Positions 54,108-64,000 of a stretch of 64,000 bases of DNA are shown here, one piece after another. A program made the position numbers and the translations under genes. Each line of letters begins with the position of its first letter. Position 1 is the stretch's first letter. Below the pieces are notes generated by a model that saw only the letters and a list, made by a program, of their open reading frames with translations, was not told where the DNA came from and did no database searches. The DNA comes from an uncultured Phycisphaerales bacterium (GTDB lineage Bacteria; Planctomycetota; Phycisphaerae; Tepidisphaerales; Tepidisphaeraceae), in assembly GCA_963755915.1 (NCBI GenBank), contig CAVWLP010000002.1:2944001-3008000 (forward strand). Reading direction: 5' to 3'.

Positions 54108-55496
54108 AACCACAACCCTCTTCCACCCCCCATTCCAAAACCTCCCAAAAATCACACACCCCCGAATAAACAATTCCCCCGCCAACACCACCCAAACCGC
54201 CTCCAGCCCCATCTTCCAAACCAACCCCACCACGATCACGCCCGTAAACCGGAGCCCAATCACACTCGCCAGATTCAAACACATCACCACAAACGTATCC
54301 CCCGCCCCGCGCAGCGCACCCCCAAAAATCAAACTGGAAGCGAACCCCGCCTGAATAAACCCGGTAATCCGCAAACACCGCGCCGTCATCTCCACGATAT
54401 GCCCATCGTTCGGCGACAACCACTCCGCCGGATACCTCCCCAGCGTAATCATCAATATCCCGCACAAAACCATCGCCCCTCCACCCCCCGCATACGCCAG
54501 CAGCGCGCTCCGCATCGCCCGCCCCGGATCTTTCCTCCCCAGCGAAATCCCCACCATCGTCGCCGCCGCCGTGGCAAACGCGATCCCCGACAAAAAGCTC
54601 ACGCTCTCCAGCCTGACGGTATTTATATGCGCCGCCGAAGAAGCATTCGTAGGATCCATCCGATTGATCACCGCGATCACCGCAAAATTCGCAAACCACG
54701 CCAGCAGATTTTCCACGCCCGCCGGCACCCCGATCCTGAACAGCCGTTTGATCGTAAGCCAGTCCGGCCGCATCCGATGGATATAAAGCCGCGCCCCACT
54801 AGTCCCCACCCAAACGACGAGAAACTCCAACACCCCCCCAGTCACATACGCAATAATCGTCCCCGCCGCGATCCCCGTAAATCCCATCACCGGCAATCCC
54901 CACCACCCCCGCGTCAGCGCAAAGCTGCAAACCATATTCACCACGTCCACGATCACCATCACAATCGCCGGCGTCAGCGTATCCCCACCCCCGCGCCTAT
55001 ACGCCCCCGCGATAAACATCACCATCGTAAACGGCAGCGCCGCGCTCAGCATCCTCAGATACTCCAGCGCAAACCCCTTCCCCATCCCCTGCAACTGCGT
55101 CGCCTCAATAATCGGCCGTCCCCCGATTGACAACAACACCCCGCAAACCACCCCCAAAATAATCGCCGCCGCCACCGACTGTCCCGTCACCCGGTTACTC
55201 AGCGACCGATGCCGCGCCCCCTTCGCCCGTGCGATCAGCGCCGTGCTCCCCGTTCCGATCGAAGAAACCAGCAGCCCAATCAGCCACAAAAAATATGTAA
55301 CCGTCCCCACCGCCGCCCCCGCATCCGCCGCATGCGAGGGAAGATGATTCGCGAGATAGGTATCATTCAACCCCACCAGCATGTGCAAAACTTGCTCAAC
55401 CCAAACCGGCCCCGCCAGCGCAAACAACTGCCCAAAAAGCCCCCAATTGCTTTCCCGCGCAACCCCCACCCTCGAATCTTCAACCACATCCGTCAT
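54105..55496 (-). CDS. MATE family efflux transporter
   Basis: LAGP...EQ, GGDTLTP, GAGDT, ~12 TM segments. Confidence 0.9.
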   Translation of the reverse strand: MTDVVEDSRVGVARESNWGLFGQLFALAGPVWVEQVLHMLVGLNDTYLANHLPSHAADAGAAVGTVTYFLWLIGLLVSSIGTGSTALIARAKGARHRSLSNRVTGQSVAAAIILGVVCGVLLSIGGRPIIEATQLQGMGKGFALEYLRMLSAALPFTMVMFIAGAYRRGGGDTLTPAIVMVIVDVVNMVCSFALTRGWWGLPVMGFTGIAAGTIIAYVTGGVLEFLVVWVGTSGARLYIHRMRPDWLTIKRLFRIGVPAGVENLLAWFANFAVIAVINRMDPTNASSAAHINTVRLESVSFLSGIAFATAAATMVGISLGRKDPGRAMRSALLAYAGGGGAMVLCGILMITLGRYPAEWLSPNDGHIVEMTARCLRITGFIQAGFASSLIFGGALRGAGDTFVVMCLNLASVIGLRFTGVIVVGLVWKMGLEAVWVVLAGELFIRGCVIFGRFWNGGWKRVVV

Positions 55497-55498
55497 AA

Positions 55499-56611
<1,113 letters not shown>

Positions 56612-56676
56612 CGGATTTATCGGACCCACCCAATCACAGTGACACCGCCCCCACACTGAGTTATACATATCACCCA

Positions 56677-58293
56677 GTGACCGTAGTTCGCGTTATTCCC
56701 GCCGACTCTCCCCGTGTAGCCGCCGGGCTTGCCCGGCGCGTTCTCCTCCTCTCCCTCCTCCTCACCACCGCCTGCACCACCGGACCCTATTACTACCCCG
56801 CCGCCACCCGCTCCCCCATCGACCGCCGACTCGTCGAATACCCCGAAAACTTCCAGCTACAGGAAGTCATGACCGGCCTCACCAGCCCAACCGCCATCTG
56901 CTTCGACGACGCCGGAAACATGTTCGTCGCCGAGGGCGGCCTCGACGGCCGCGACCCGCGCATCTTCTATATCCGAAAATCCGACGGCGCTCGCGTCGAC
57001 ATCTACCCCGTCGGCACCCGCATCCCCATCCCCATCTTCTCCGTCGGCTACCACATCTACGGCCCCATCGGTGGCATGGTCGCCTATCGCGGCAAACTCT
57101 ACGTCTCCCACCGCGATTACAACGACATGGGTGCCATCACCGCCTTCGACGACAACGGCAATCACCAAACCATCATCGCCAATCTCCCCGCTCAGGGAGA
57201 TTTCGGCGTCACCGACGTCGCCATCCCCGCCTCCTCCCCAGATCCGCGTCTCTACTTCGGCGTCGGCGCCGCCACCAACAGCGGCGTCGTCGGCCTCGAT
57301 AACTGGGAAGCCGGCTGGGTCCGAGACCATCCCCAGGCCTGCGACGTCCCCTACGTCCCCCTCTATCTCCTTGGCTTCCGTTTCGACGTCCCCAACCCCC
57401 AGGCCAGCATCTTCTCCCCCGGAACCCTCGTCACCGTCCCCTTCCAGCCCCTCGGCATCAGCGACATCGAACAAGTCCCCGCCGCCGACTTCCCCCTCCA
57501 GAAACCCACCGGCGCCGTCATGAGCGTCGCTCTCGACGGTGGCGACGAACGCGTCGAAGCCCACGGCCTTCGCGACCCCGTCGGTCTCTCCCTGGACGAC
57601 TACGGCAATATCTACGTCACCAACCGCGGCATGGAACTCCGCGGCACACGGCCCATCGACAACGACCCCGACGCTCTCTACCGCTGGACCTTCCCGGGCA
57701 CCTGGTTCGGCTTCCCAGACTACTCCAGCACCTTCGACCCCATATATCTCCCCAAATACCAGCCGCCCCCGTGGATGGTTCTCCCCACCGGCTATCCCGA
57801 CGTCCGCTTCGTCGTCGATCACGAAACCAGCAAGCTCCAACCCCCGCCCGCCCAGGACCTCCTCTCCCAATTCCCCTGGCAGTCCGGCGTCTCCAAAATG
57901 GCTTGGATCCCCGAATCCGGTCCCTTCCACATCCCCCGTTACGAAGGCCAGCTCCTCGTCGCCCTCTGGGGCGACTCCGCTCCCTTCTCCACCAGCGGCC
58001 GTCCCATCCCCAATCCCCTCCCCGGCTACCGCGTCGTCCTCGTAGACCCCAACCAGCACGGAAAAGTCTCCGATTTCATCTTCAACACCAAGGGCACCCC
58101 AGCCAGCAAAGTCCCCGGCTCAACCTCCCAGGCCCTCGAACGCCCCATCGACGTAAAATTCTCCCCCGACGGCAACCTCTATATCCTCGACTTCGGACAA
58201 GCCGAATTCAAACACTCCCAACTAACCACCCCCAACGCGACGGGAAAAATCTACGAACTAATCCCCACCCCCAGCACCCAATCCCCCCAATAA
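56677..58293 (+). CDS. Glucose/sorbosone dehydrogenase-like beta-propeller lipoprotein; start uncertain
   Basis: GLTSPTAI.FD, GAATNSGVVG.DN, AHGLRDP.G, RG.RPI, RPIDVKFSPDG.LYILDFG; lipobox LTTAC. Confidence 0.75.
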   Translation: MTVVRVIPADSPRVAAGLARRVLLLSLLLTTACTTGPYYYPAATRSPIDRRLVEYPENFQLQEVMTGLTSPTAICFDDAGNMFVAEGGLDGRDPRIFYIRKSDGARVDIYPVGTRIPIPIFSVGYHIYGPIGGMVAYRGKLYVSHRDYNDMGAITAFDDNGNHQTIIANLPAQGDFGVTDVAIPASSPDPRLYFGVGAATNSGVVGLDNWEAGWVRDHPQACDVPYVPLYLLGFRFDVPNPQASIFSPGTLVTVPFQPLGISDIEQVPAADFPLQKPTGAVMSVALDGGDERVEAHGLRDPVGLSLDDYGNIYVTNRGMELRGTRPIDNDPDALYRWTFPGTWFGFPDYSSTFDPIYLPKYQPPPWMVLPTGYPDVRFVVDHETSKLQPPPAQDLLSQFPWQSGVSKMAWIPESGPFHIPRYEGQLLVALWGDSAPFSTSGRPIPNPLPGYRVVLVDPNQHGKVSDFIFNTKGTPASKVPGSTSQALERPIDVKFSPDGNLYILDFGQAEFKHSQLTTPNATGKIYELIPTPSTQSPQ

Positions 58294-58442
58294 CTACCCG
58301 CCCCAAAAATGAGCCGGGCTGTCCCCAGCCCGTCCCCCCGCGACCCAAAACTCGCTTTCCCATGTAGCCGCCCCCGCTTGCGGGGTGCGTTTTTCGAACC
58401 CCTCAAATCGCGGGTTCCCCTTCTTGTCTCCGGTCCAAACAC

Positions 58443-58572
58443 GCCGAACACCCCAAGGCCGCCCCAAACGTCACCAGGCCAGCCATGTGTCCCCGCGGCG
58501 GAACCGCACGCGATATTCGAGTAACCGCCTTCCCTCGTCAAACAAACCTCAACCGAAAATAGTCTTTATTCT
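58443..58572 (+). repeat. ~125-bp repeat family A, copy 5
   Basis: GCCGAACACC...GCGGAACCGCACGCGATATTCGAGTAACCGC...AACCGAAAATAGTCTT. Confidence 0.9.
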
Positions 58573-58647
58573 CTATCTCCATCCGACAACACACGACACC
58601 CTTTTCCAATTGACCCTCCCCTCACCCAGACATAAAGTCCCCCCAAA

Positions 58648-58947
58648 ATGTCCGCGCCATTTCCCTCAATCCTCGCCGACGCCGACCCCCTTGACATCTT
58701 CCTCGCCTGCTTCTTCCTCTTACTCTTCGTCCTCGCCGGCTTCTACGCCGTCTACTGGCTCCGCAAACGCATCTGGGGCGTAGATGACTCCGCTACCCCG
58801 TCCCTCGGTTTCACCATCGGCGACCTCCGCGACCTCCACCGTTCCGGAAAACTCACCGACGAAGAATTCCAAAAAGCCAAACAAAAAATCGTCGCCTCTC
58901 ACCTGGCGACCCCACCCTCACCCCCAAAACCGCCCCATAACCAATGA
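58648..58947 (+). CDS. Single-TM SHOCT domain protein
   Basis: LRDLHRSGKLTDEEFQKAKQKI. Confidence 0.8.
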   Translation: MSAPFPSILADADPLDIFLACFFLLLFVLAGFYAVYWLRKRIWGVDDSATPSLGFTIGDLRDLHRSGKLTDEEFQKAKQKIVASHLATPPSPPKPPHNQ

Positions 58948-58989
58948 AAGTGCCGCCGGTGTCCTCACCGGCGGAATCCCCCCGTCCCC

Positions 58990-59022
58990 CATTCGGCATT
59001 TGGCATTCGGCATGCGGCATTC
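58990..59022. repeat. Heptamer tandem repeat (CATTCGG-like)
   Basis: CATTCGG CATTTGG CATTCGG CATGCGG CATTC. Confidence 0.75.
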
Positions 59023-59273
59023 CATCTGCCAATAATCTCCCCCTCCATCCCCCAAAACCGCACCCCAAAAAATCTTTTCCCCGGCCCACATTTTGCCTTT
59101 TCCCTTTCCCATATTCCCGCTGTAAGATTGCCTTAACCTCATGGATTGGAGGTCAAGTCTCCACCCATGAATGTTCGATACTTAACTTGACGTTAAGTTT
59201 TGATCTTACTGACGTTTGGCGCTCAATAACATATTGACTGGGCCGCTCATCGGCCCCGAAGGATCGAAAGTCG

Positions 59274-60661
59274 ATGGCCACCACGAATCGCACCGGCAAC
59301 GGCGGACCCCCGGGAAATCTTCCCCCTCCAGGCAACAATCCCAGCAATCAATCCGGATTCCGCGGCCGTAGAATCACCACCTGCTCCTTCTGCGGCAAAT
59401 CCTCCCGCGATGTCGGCCCCATGGTCGAAGGCCCCAGCGAGGTCTACATCTGCGCCAATTGCGTCGACCTCGCCCACAACATCATCCGCCAGGAAAAACG
59501 AAAGCTCTCCGCCTCCCAGCCCCTTTTCAGCACCATCCCCTCCCCGCGCAAGTCAAAGAATTCTTAGACCAATATGTCGTCGGCCAGGGCCACGCCAAAA
59601 AAGCCCTCGCCGTCGCCGTCCACAACCACTACAAACGCCTCACCACGTCCGACTCAACCGCCAGCGCCAACGCCGTCTCCCCCGATGCCGCCGCCCCCGT
59701 TACCCCAACCGTCGCCGACGTCGAGATCGACAAGAGCAACGTCCTTCTCATCGGCCCCACCGGCAGCGGCAAAACGCTTCTCGCCAAAACCCTGGCCCGA
59801 ATCCTCAACGTCCCCTTCGCCATCGGCGACGCCACCACCCTCACCGAGGCCGGCTACGTCGGTGAAGACGTAGAAAACATTCTTCTGAAGCTTTTACAAA
59901 ACGCCGACTACGACCTCGAATCCGCCCAGCGCGGAATCGTCTACATCGACGAAATCGACAAGATCGGCAAAACCCAGAACAACGTCTCCATCACCCGCGA
60001 CGTCTCCGGCGAAGGCGTCCAGCAAGCCCTGTTGAAAATGCTCGAAGGCACCATCGCCAACATCCCCCCGCAAGGCGGCCGCAAACACCCCGAGCAGCAA
60101 TACATCCAGATGGACACGTCCCAAATCCTCTTCATCTGCGGCGGCACCTTCGTAGGCCTCGAAGACATCATTCGCAAACGCCTGGGCAAGCGCCAGATCG
60201 GCTTCAACTCCGAAACCTCTCCCGCCGAAACCTCCCGCGACCGCGCCCGCATCCTCGCCCAGGTCCAGCCCGAGGACTTAGTCGAGTTCGGCATGATCCC
60301 AGAATTCGTAGGCCGCCTCCCCGTCGCCGCCACCTTGGATCCGCTAGACATCAAAACCCTGATCAACATCCTGACCGAGCCCAAAAACGCGCTGGTAAAG
60401 CAATTCCAAAAATTCTTCCGTATAGAAGGCAGCGAACTGGATTTCACCCCCGGCGCCCTGGAATTAATCGCCGAGCGCGCCCTGAAACGCGACACCGGCG
60501 CCCGCGCCCTCCGCGCCGTAGTAGAAGAAATCATGATGGACCTGATGTACCGCCTCCCCGACCAGGAGCAGGGCGGAAAATATTTAATCACCGAAGACAT
60601 CGTAGAAGGCCGCCAAAGCCTCTTCGACCTGAAACCCGAGCGCCGCAAAGAATCCGCCTAA
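59274..60661 (+). CDS. clpX: ATP-dependent Clp protease ATP-binding subunit; frameshift near 59548
   Basis: CSFCGK zinc finger; [34 protein letters not shown] loop. Confidence 0.96.
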
Positions 60662-60678
60662 ACCCCGCACGCCAAAGA

Positions 60679-60707
60679 AAGCCCCACGATGGTATCGTGG
60701 GGTTTTT
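60679..60707 (+). terminator. Rho-independent terminator after clpX
   Basis: CCCCACGAT-GGT-ATCGTGGGG followed by TTTTT. Confidence 0.75.
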
Positions 60708-60757
60708 CATTGTTTAGCCGCGCCCCGAAGGGAAGCAGCTTTCCCCCTCGCGCGCAA

Positions 60758-62695
60758 TTACCCCGCCTTCCCAAACCCAAACACCATCGTCCGCGACCCA
60801 TTCCCATCAACATTAACCTCCACCTCCCCACCCCCGAGCGAATCCCCCTCAACCCCATCCGCCCCCGTAACCCTCACCCGAGAACCCCCACGCACCAGAT
60901 CAAACCCATCCCCCACCCTGAAAATCTTCACCCCCCGCGCCAACTTCAACCGAAACCCCACCCGATCCTTCGGATCCTTCGACAGATCCTCAATCCTCAC
61001 CGTCATCGAAGTCGCTGAAAACGAATAAGTCTCCCTCACCCCCAAATCGCTGAAGCAAATCGAACTCCCCGTCTTCTCCACCACATTCTGCAACTGCCGC
61101 GCCCCAAAAAAAGTCGGAAAATTCCCCACCCCAAACCCATCCAGATCATTCGAAACAAACTGCTCCTTATCCACCCCCAGACTCAACAAATCCCCATTCC
61201 CGGAAATAATGACATCATACAATTCCGTTGCCACCCGCCGCGACCCAATCACCGGCTTAATCTCAATCCCAACCGTCGGCGCAAATTCATCCGTCCGAAA
61301 CGGCCCCGCCGGCAACCCCGCCGAATTATAAAGATCGCACACCGGCACCGCCCCCCACGCATACCGCACAAACCGCGGCTCCTTCACATCCTCGCACCTC
61401 ACCACCACCGCATCCTCCCCATCGATCCTCCCCTCCGCAAAATGAAAAACCCCATCCCCACCCGCCACCGCGAACCCCGTCACAAATTCCCCACCCCCGC
61501 GCGCCGCCAGCGCGCCATCATGCGTATCAAATCTCACCCGCATCCCATCTCCCTCCCGCGTCGCGCTCTCAAACGTCGGCCCATCCGCCACCACATCCTC
61601 GTGATACGCCAACCGCTCCGCCTGCAGCGCCGCCCGCCTCCCAATCTCCCCCTTCTCCCGCGGATGCAGATTAAACCCATTGGTCGTATCGATCGAAACC
61701 ACCAGCCCCGTATCCCGATTCTCTTCCACCACCCGCCTCTGCGCCTCCCTCACCCAGGTAAACGGAAACCCCGCATACAAATCCGTAAACGCCGGCAATT
61801 GCACAATAATAAACGGCAAATCCCCGCGCCCAAATTGCTCCCGCCACCCCTCAATCAGCTCATGCATGATCGCAGGATAAAACTGCGACTTCCCCGAATT
61901 GTTCTCCCCCTGATACCACACCACTCCGCTCAGCCCCACCGGCCCCAGCGGCGCGATCATCCCGTTATACAAAGCCCCCGGCCCCAGATTAAACATCGAA
62001 GGCGAAAACTCGTCCTTCGAAAAATCCTTCAATCTCCCCACCGGCGTCCACCCCTCCGCCGAAGTCCCCCCAAACGAGCTGTCAATCAGCCCAATCGGCA
62101 CCCCCTTAAGTTTCGGATCCCGCGAAAGCCACAACCCAAAATGCACCGCCACCGCGCTGAACTTCTCCACCTCCCCCGAATCCCCCGTCACCCAACGCCC
62201 ATCCACCCGATAGTTCGGCTTATCCGCCCCAAATTTCGGCACCTCAAGCAGCCGCAGCCCCGCCAACCCCCTCGCCTCCTTCTCCATCTCCTCCGCCTCC
62301 ACATCTTCCCCCACCCCCAGTTGCATATTCGACTGCCCCGCGCACAGCCAAACATCCCCGCAAAGAATATTCTTTAGCCCAATCGACTCCCGGCCACTGG
62401 AAATCTCCGCCGTATACGGCCCACCCACCCCCAGCGCCTTAACCGCTGTCTTCCAATGCCCTGAAGCATCCGCCACCGTCGAAGATCTTTCATCCCCGAA
62501 CCTAATCTGAACAACGGCGCCCGCAGTCGCCTCCCCCCAAACGACGACATCCCGACCCCGCTGCACCACCATATTGTCCGAAAACGTAGACCCCAGCATC
62601 AGCGCCGCCCGAGCCGTTTGAGCGCTCGCCAGGACACCGACGATCACCGAAAGGACAACCCCAATTAAGCCATTTAACCGATTGCTCCGAGCCAT
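60758..62695 (-). CDS. Sialate O-acetylesterase family protein
   Basis: GDVWLCAGQSNM, GGTSAEGW, WYQGE, LHPREK, VRYAW. Confidence 0.9.
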   Translation of the reverse strand: MARSNRLNGLIGVVLSVIVGVLASAQTARAALMLGSTFSDNMVVQRGRDVVVWGEATAGAVVQIRFGDERSSTVADASGHWKTAVKALGVGGPYTAEISSGRESIGLKNILCGDVWLCAGQSNMQLGVGEDVEAEEMEKEARGLAGLRLLEVPKFGADKPNYRVDGRWVTGDSGEVEKFSAVAVHFGLWLSRDPKLKGVPIGLIDSSFGGTSAEGWTPVGRLKDFSKDEFSPSMFNLGPGALYNGMIAPLGPVGLSGVVWYQGENNSGKSQFYPAIMHELIEGWREQFGRGDLPFIIVQLPAFTDLYAGFPFTWVREAQRRVVEENRDTGLVVSIDTTNGFNLHPREKGEIGRRAALQAERLAYHEDVVADGPTFESATREGDGMRVRFDTHDGALAARGGGEFVTGFAVAGGDGVFHFAEGRIDGEDAVVVRCEDVKEPRFVRYAWGAVPVCDLYNSAGLPAGPFRTDEFAPTVGIEIKPVIGSRRVATELYDVIISGNGDLLSLGVDKEQFVSNDLDGFGVGNFPTFFGARQLQNVVEKTGSSICFSDLGVRETYSFSATSMTVRIEDLSKDPKDRVGFRLKLARGVKIFRVGDGFDLVRGGSRVRVTGADGVEGDSLGGGEVEVNVDGNGSRTMVFGFGKAG

Positions 62696-62760
62696 AATTT
62701 TCAGTCTACGCCATTTCCAAGCGCCCATCACCATCGCTCCCGAAGCCCTGCCACCTCACA

Positions 62761-63020
62761 GCTCCCTCGAACGTAACCAGGGCAGCCATGTGCTCCCCCC
62801 GCGGAACCGCCTGTTATATACGAGTCACCGGATCCCCTCGTCACTCAAACCGAAACCGAAAAAACTCTTTCTCTGATTGACCTCCCAAAAAATGCAAAAA
62901 ACGGATCCCCACAGTTTTGCAAAACACGCCCGGCCATGTGCTCCCCCCGCGGAACCGCCTGTTATATACGAGTCACCGGATCCCCTCGTCACTCAAACCG
63001 TAACCGAAAAAATCTTCCTC
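62761..63020 (+). repeat. ~125-bp repeat family A, copies 6 (62761-62874) and 7 (62930-63020), in tandem
   Basis: Two near-identical GCCATGTGCTCCCCCCGCGGAACCGCCTGTTATATACGAGTCACCGGATCCCCTCGTCACTCAAACCG units. Confidence 0.92.
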
Positions 63021-63114
63021 CATTTGATTTACCCTCAACAAATACAAAAAAATTCACCCCACGTTCCAAAATAGGTCCAAAACGTACACCCTTTGGACCT
63101 GTATATAGAGGCAC

Positions 63115-64000
63115 ATGCTCTGTCTCAATCCTCATAGGTTGAGGATAAGCATGACGTTGTGGGTAACGGCTCTGAGCAAAAGATCCCTCTTCCGCCCCCA
63201 GGCGGTCCGGGAACGGCACGCTGAACCCAGATTACGTTTCACCATGCTGTTTACCGTCTCACTCTGCCAGCGTTGACAATAACGCTTATGGTCCGGCAGT
63301 CCCCGCTTCAGCCGTCGTGACATCAGACGGCGGTAGCGAGTCGTCGGTTCGCGATTCCACAGCCAGCCCCGTCGGGCGGGGATGATCGAGCGAACCTTCA
63401 GGACCTCTCTTGCCAAGCGGTGATTGGCCTCTGAATCGAAACCCGCATCCGCCAGCACCACGCGCGGACGCATTCGAGAACAGGCACGCGACAACAGCGG
63501 TGCAAAGTGGGCATGATCGGTTCCCAGGCCAGTGGTCGCTTGTGCCGCAACGATCAAATGGGATGCGGCCTGAACCGCCAGCGAAAGCTTGGGCAATTGT
63601 TTGGCGGTTGCAGATCGGCGTCGATTCACTCGCTGGGGCGTCGGGTTGGGCTGGAATTTCAGAGCATTTTTGTTGCGTCTCTTCTCAAAATACCGACTGA
63701 CGTGATGGTGTTCAAACCAACTGGAATCCAGCGTAATCAGATGGAAAAGATCATTGCCAACCGACTTGCCTACTTTTTTTTCTTGCGACGTTGCGCCTGC
63801 TTGGCCACAGCGATGGACAGGTCCAGCATCGTTTCGACCAGCCGGGGTTTGACCAGCCGATGAAACGCCCGACACAGCGTGTTGTGATCCGGCACTTTTT
63901 TCAGGCCGATGTCCTGACACCACTGCGGACAATCCTCCAGAAGCGCCACCAGCCCGCGATAACTCTTTTTCTGATGCTCACGTAAAACCAGACAGGCAAA
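63115..64000 (-). mobile_element. IS5/IS4-superfamily DDE insertion sequence, truncated by the window end; inner boundary approximate
   Basis: Transposase below; strand skew is lost from about 63115. Confidence 0.8.
63132..64000 (-). CDS. IS5-family DDE transposase, in two frames joined at an A8 run (63774-63781)
   Basis: FACLVL...SYRG...VPDHNTL; then LDSS, LADAGFDSE, RYCQRWQSETVNSMVKR. Confidence 0.85.

Noticed and set aside
62820-62850. Hammerhead ribozyme on the - strand of repeat A (GTGACGAG...CTCG)
   Set aside because: Lacks the CUGANGA and GAAA core in the required arrangement.

Overview
High-GC bacterial chromosomal segment, most likely Planctomycetota/Phycisphaerae-like (inferred from a PEP-CTERM protein, DUF4159 protein, LPS genes and gene styles; not proven). 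It is mostly housekeeping: hom, apgM, lysC, yicI, pilT, sppA, an ABC/DUF3299 cluster, an HtrA pair, rseP, dxr, a Kdo hydroxylase, xylB, lpxD, fbaB, mdh and clpX. Three type II/VII TA pairs and two IS elements are also present. About a dozen conserved genes are split by single-base indels, most simply read as long-read assembly errors. The + strand is extremely C-rich regardless of gene direction. Intergenic DNA is a mosaic of at least seven co-oriented repeat families. The main finding is an apparently intact IS1111-type IS110 element (48796-50270) inserted into one copy of a ~125-bp dispersed repeat that has 7 copies in the window. A structured RNA at its right end (~49989-50199) has two internal loops whose guide segments match the repeat target site and the circular donor junction, so the bridge/seek RNA, its donor and its target family can all be read from the sequence. 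A second candidate system is a ParA ATPase fused to a glycogen-binding CBM48-like domain, followed by a P-loop-less FlhG-like partner.
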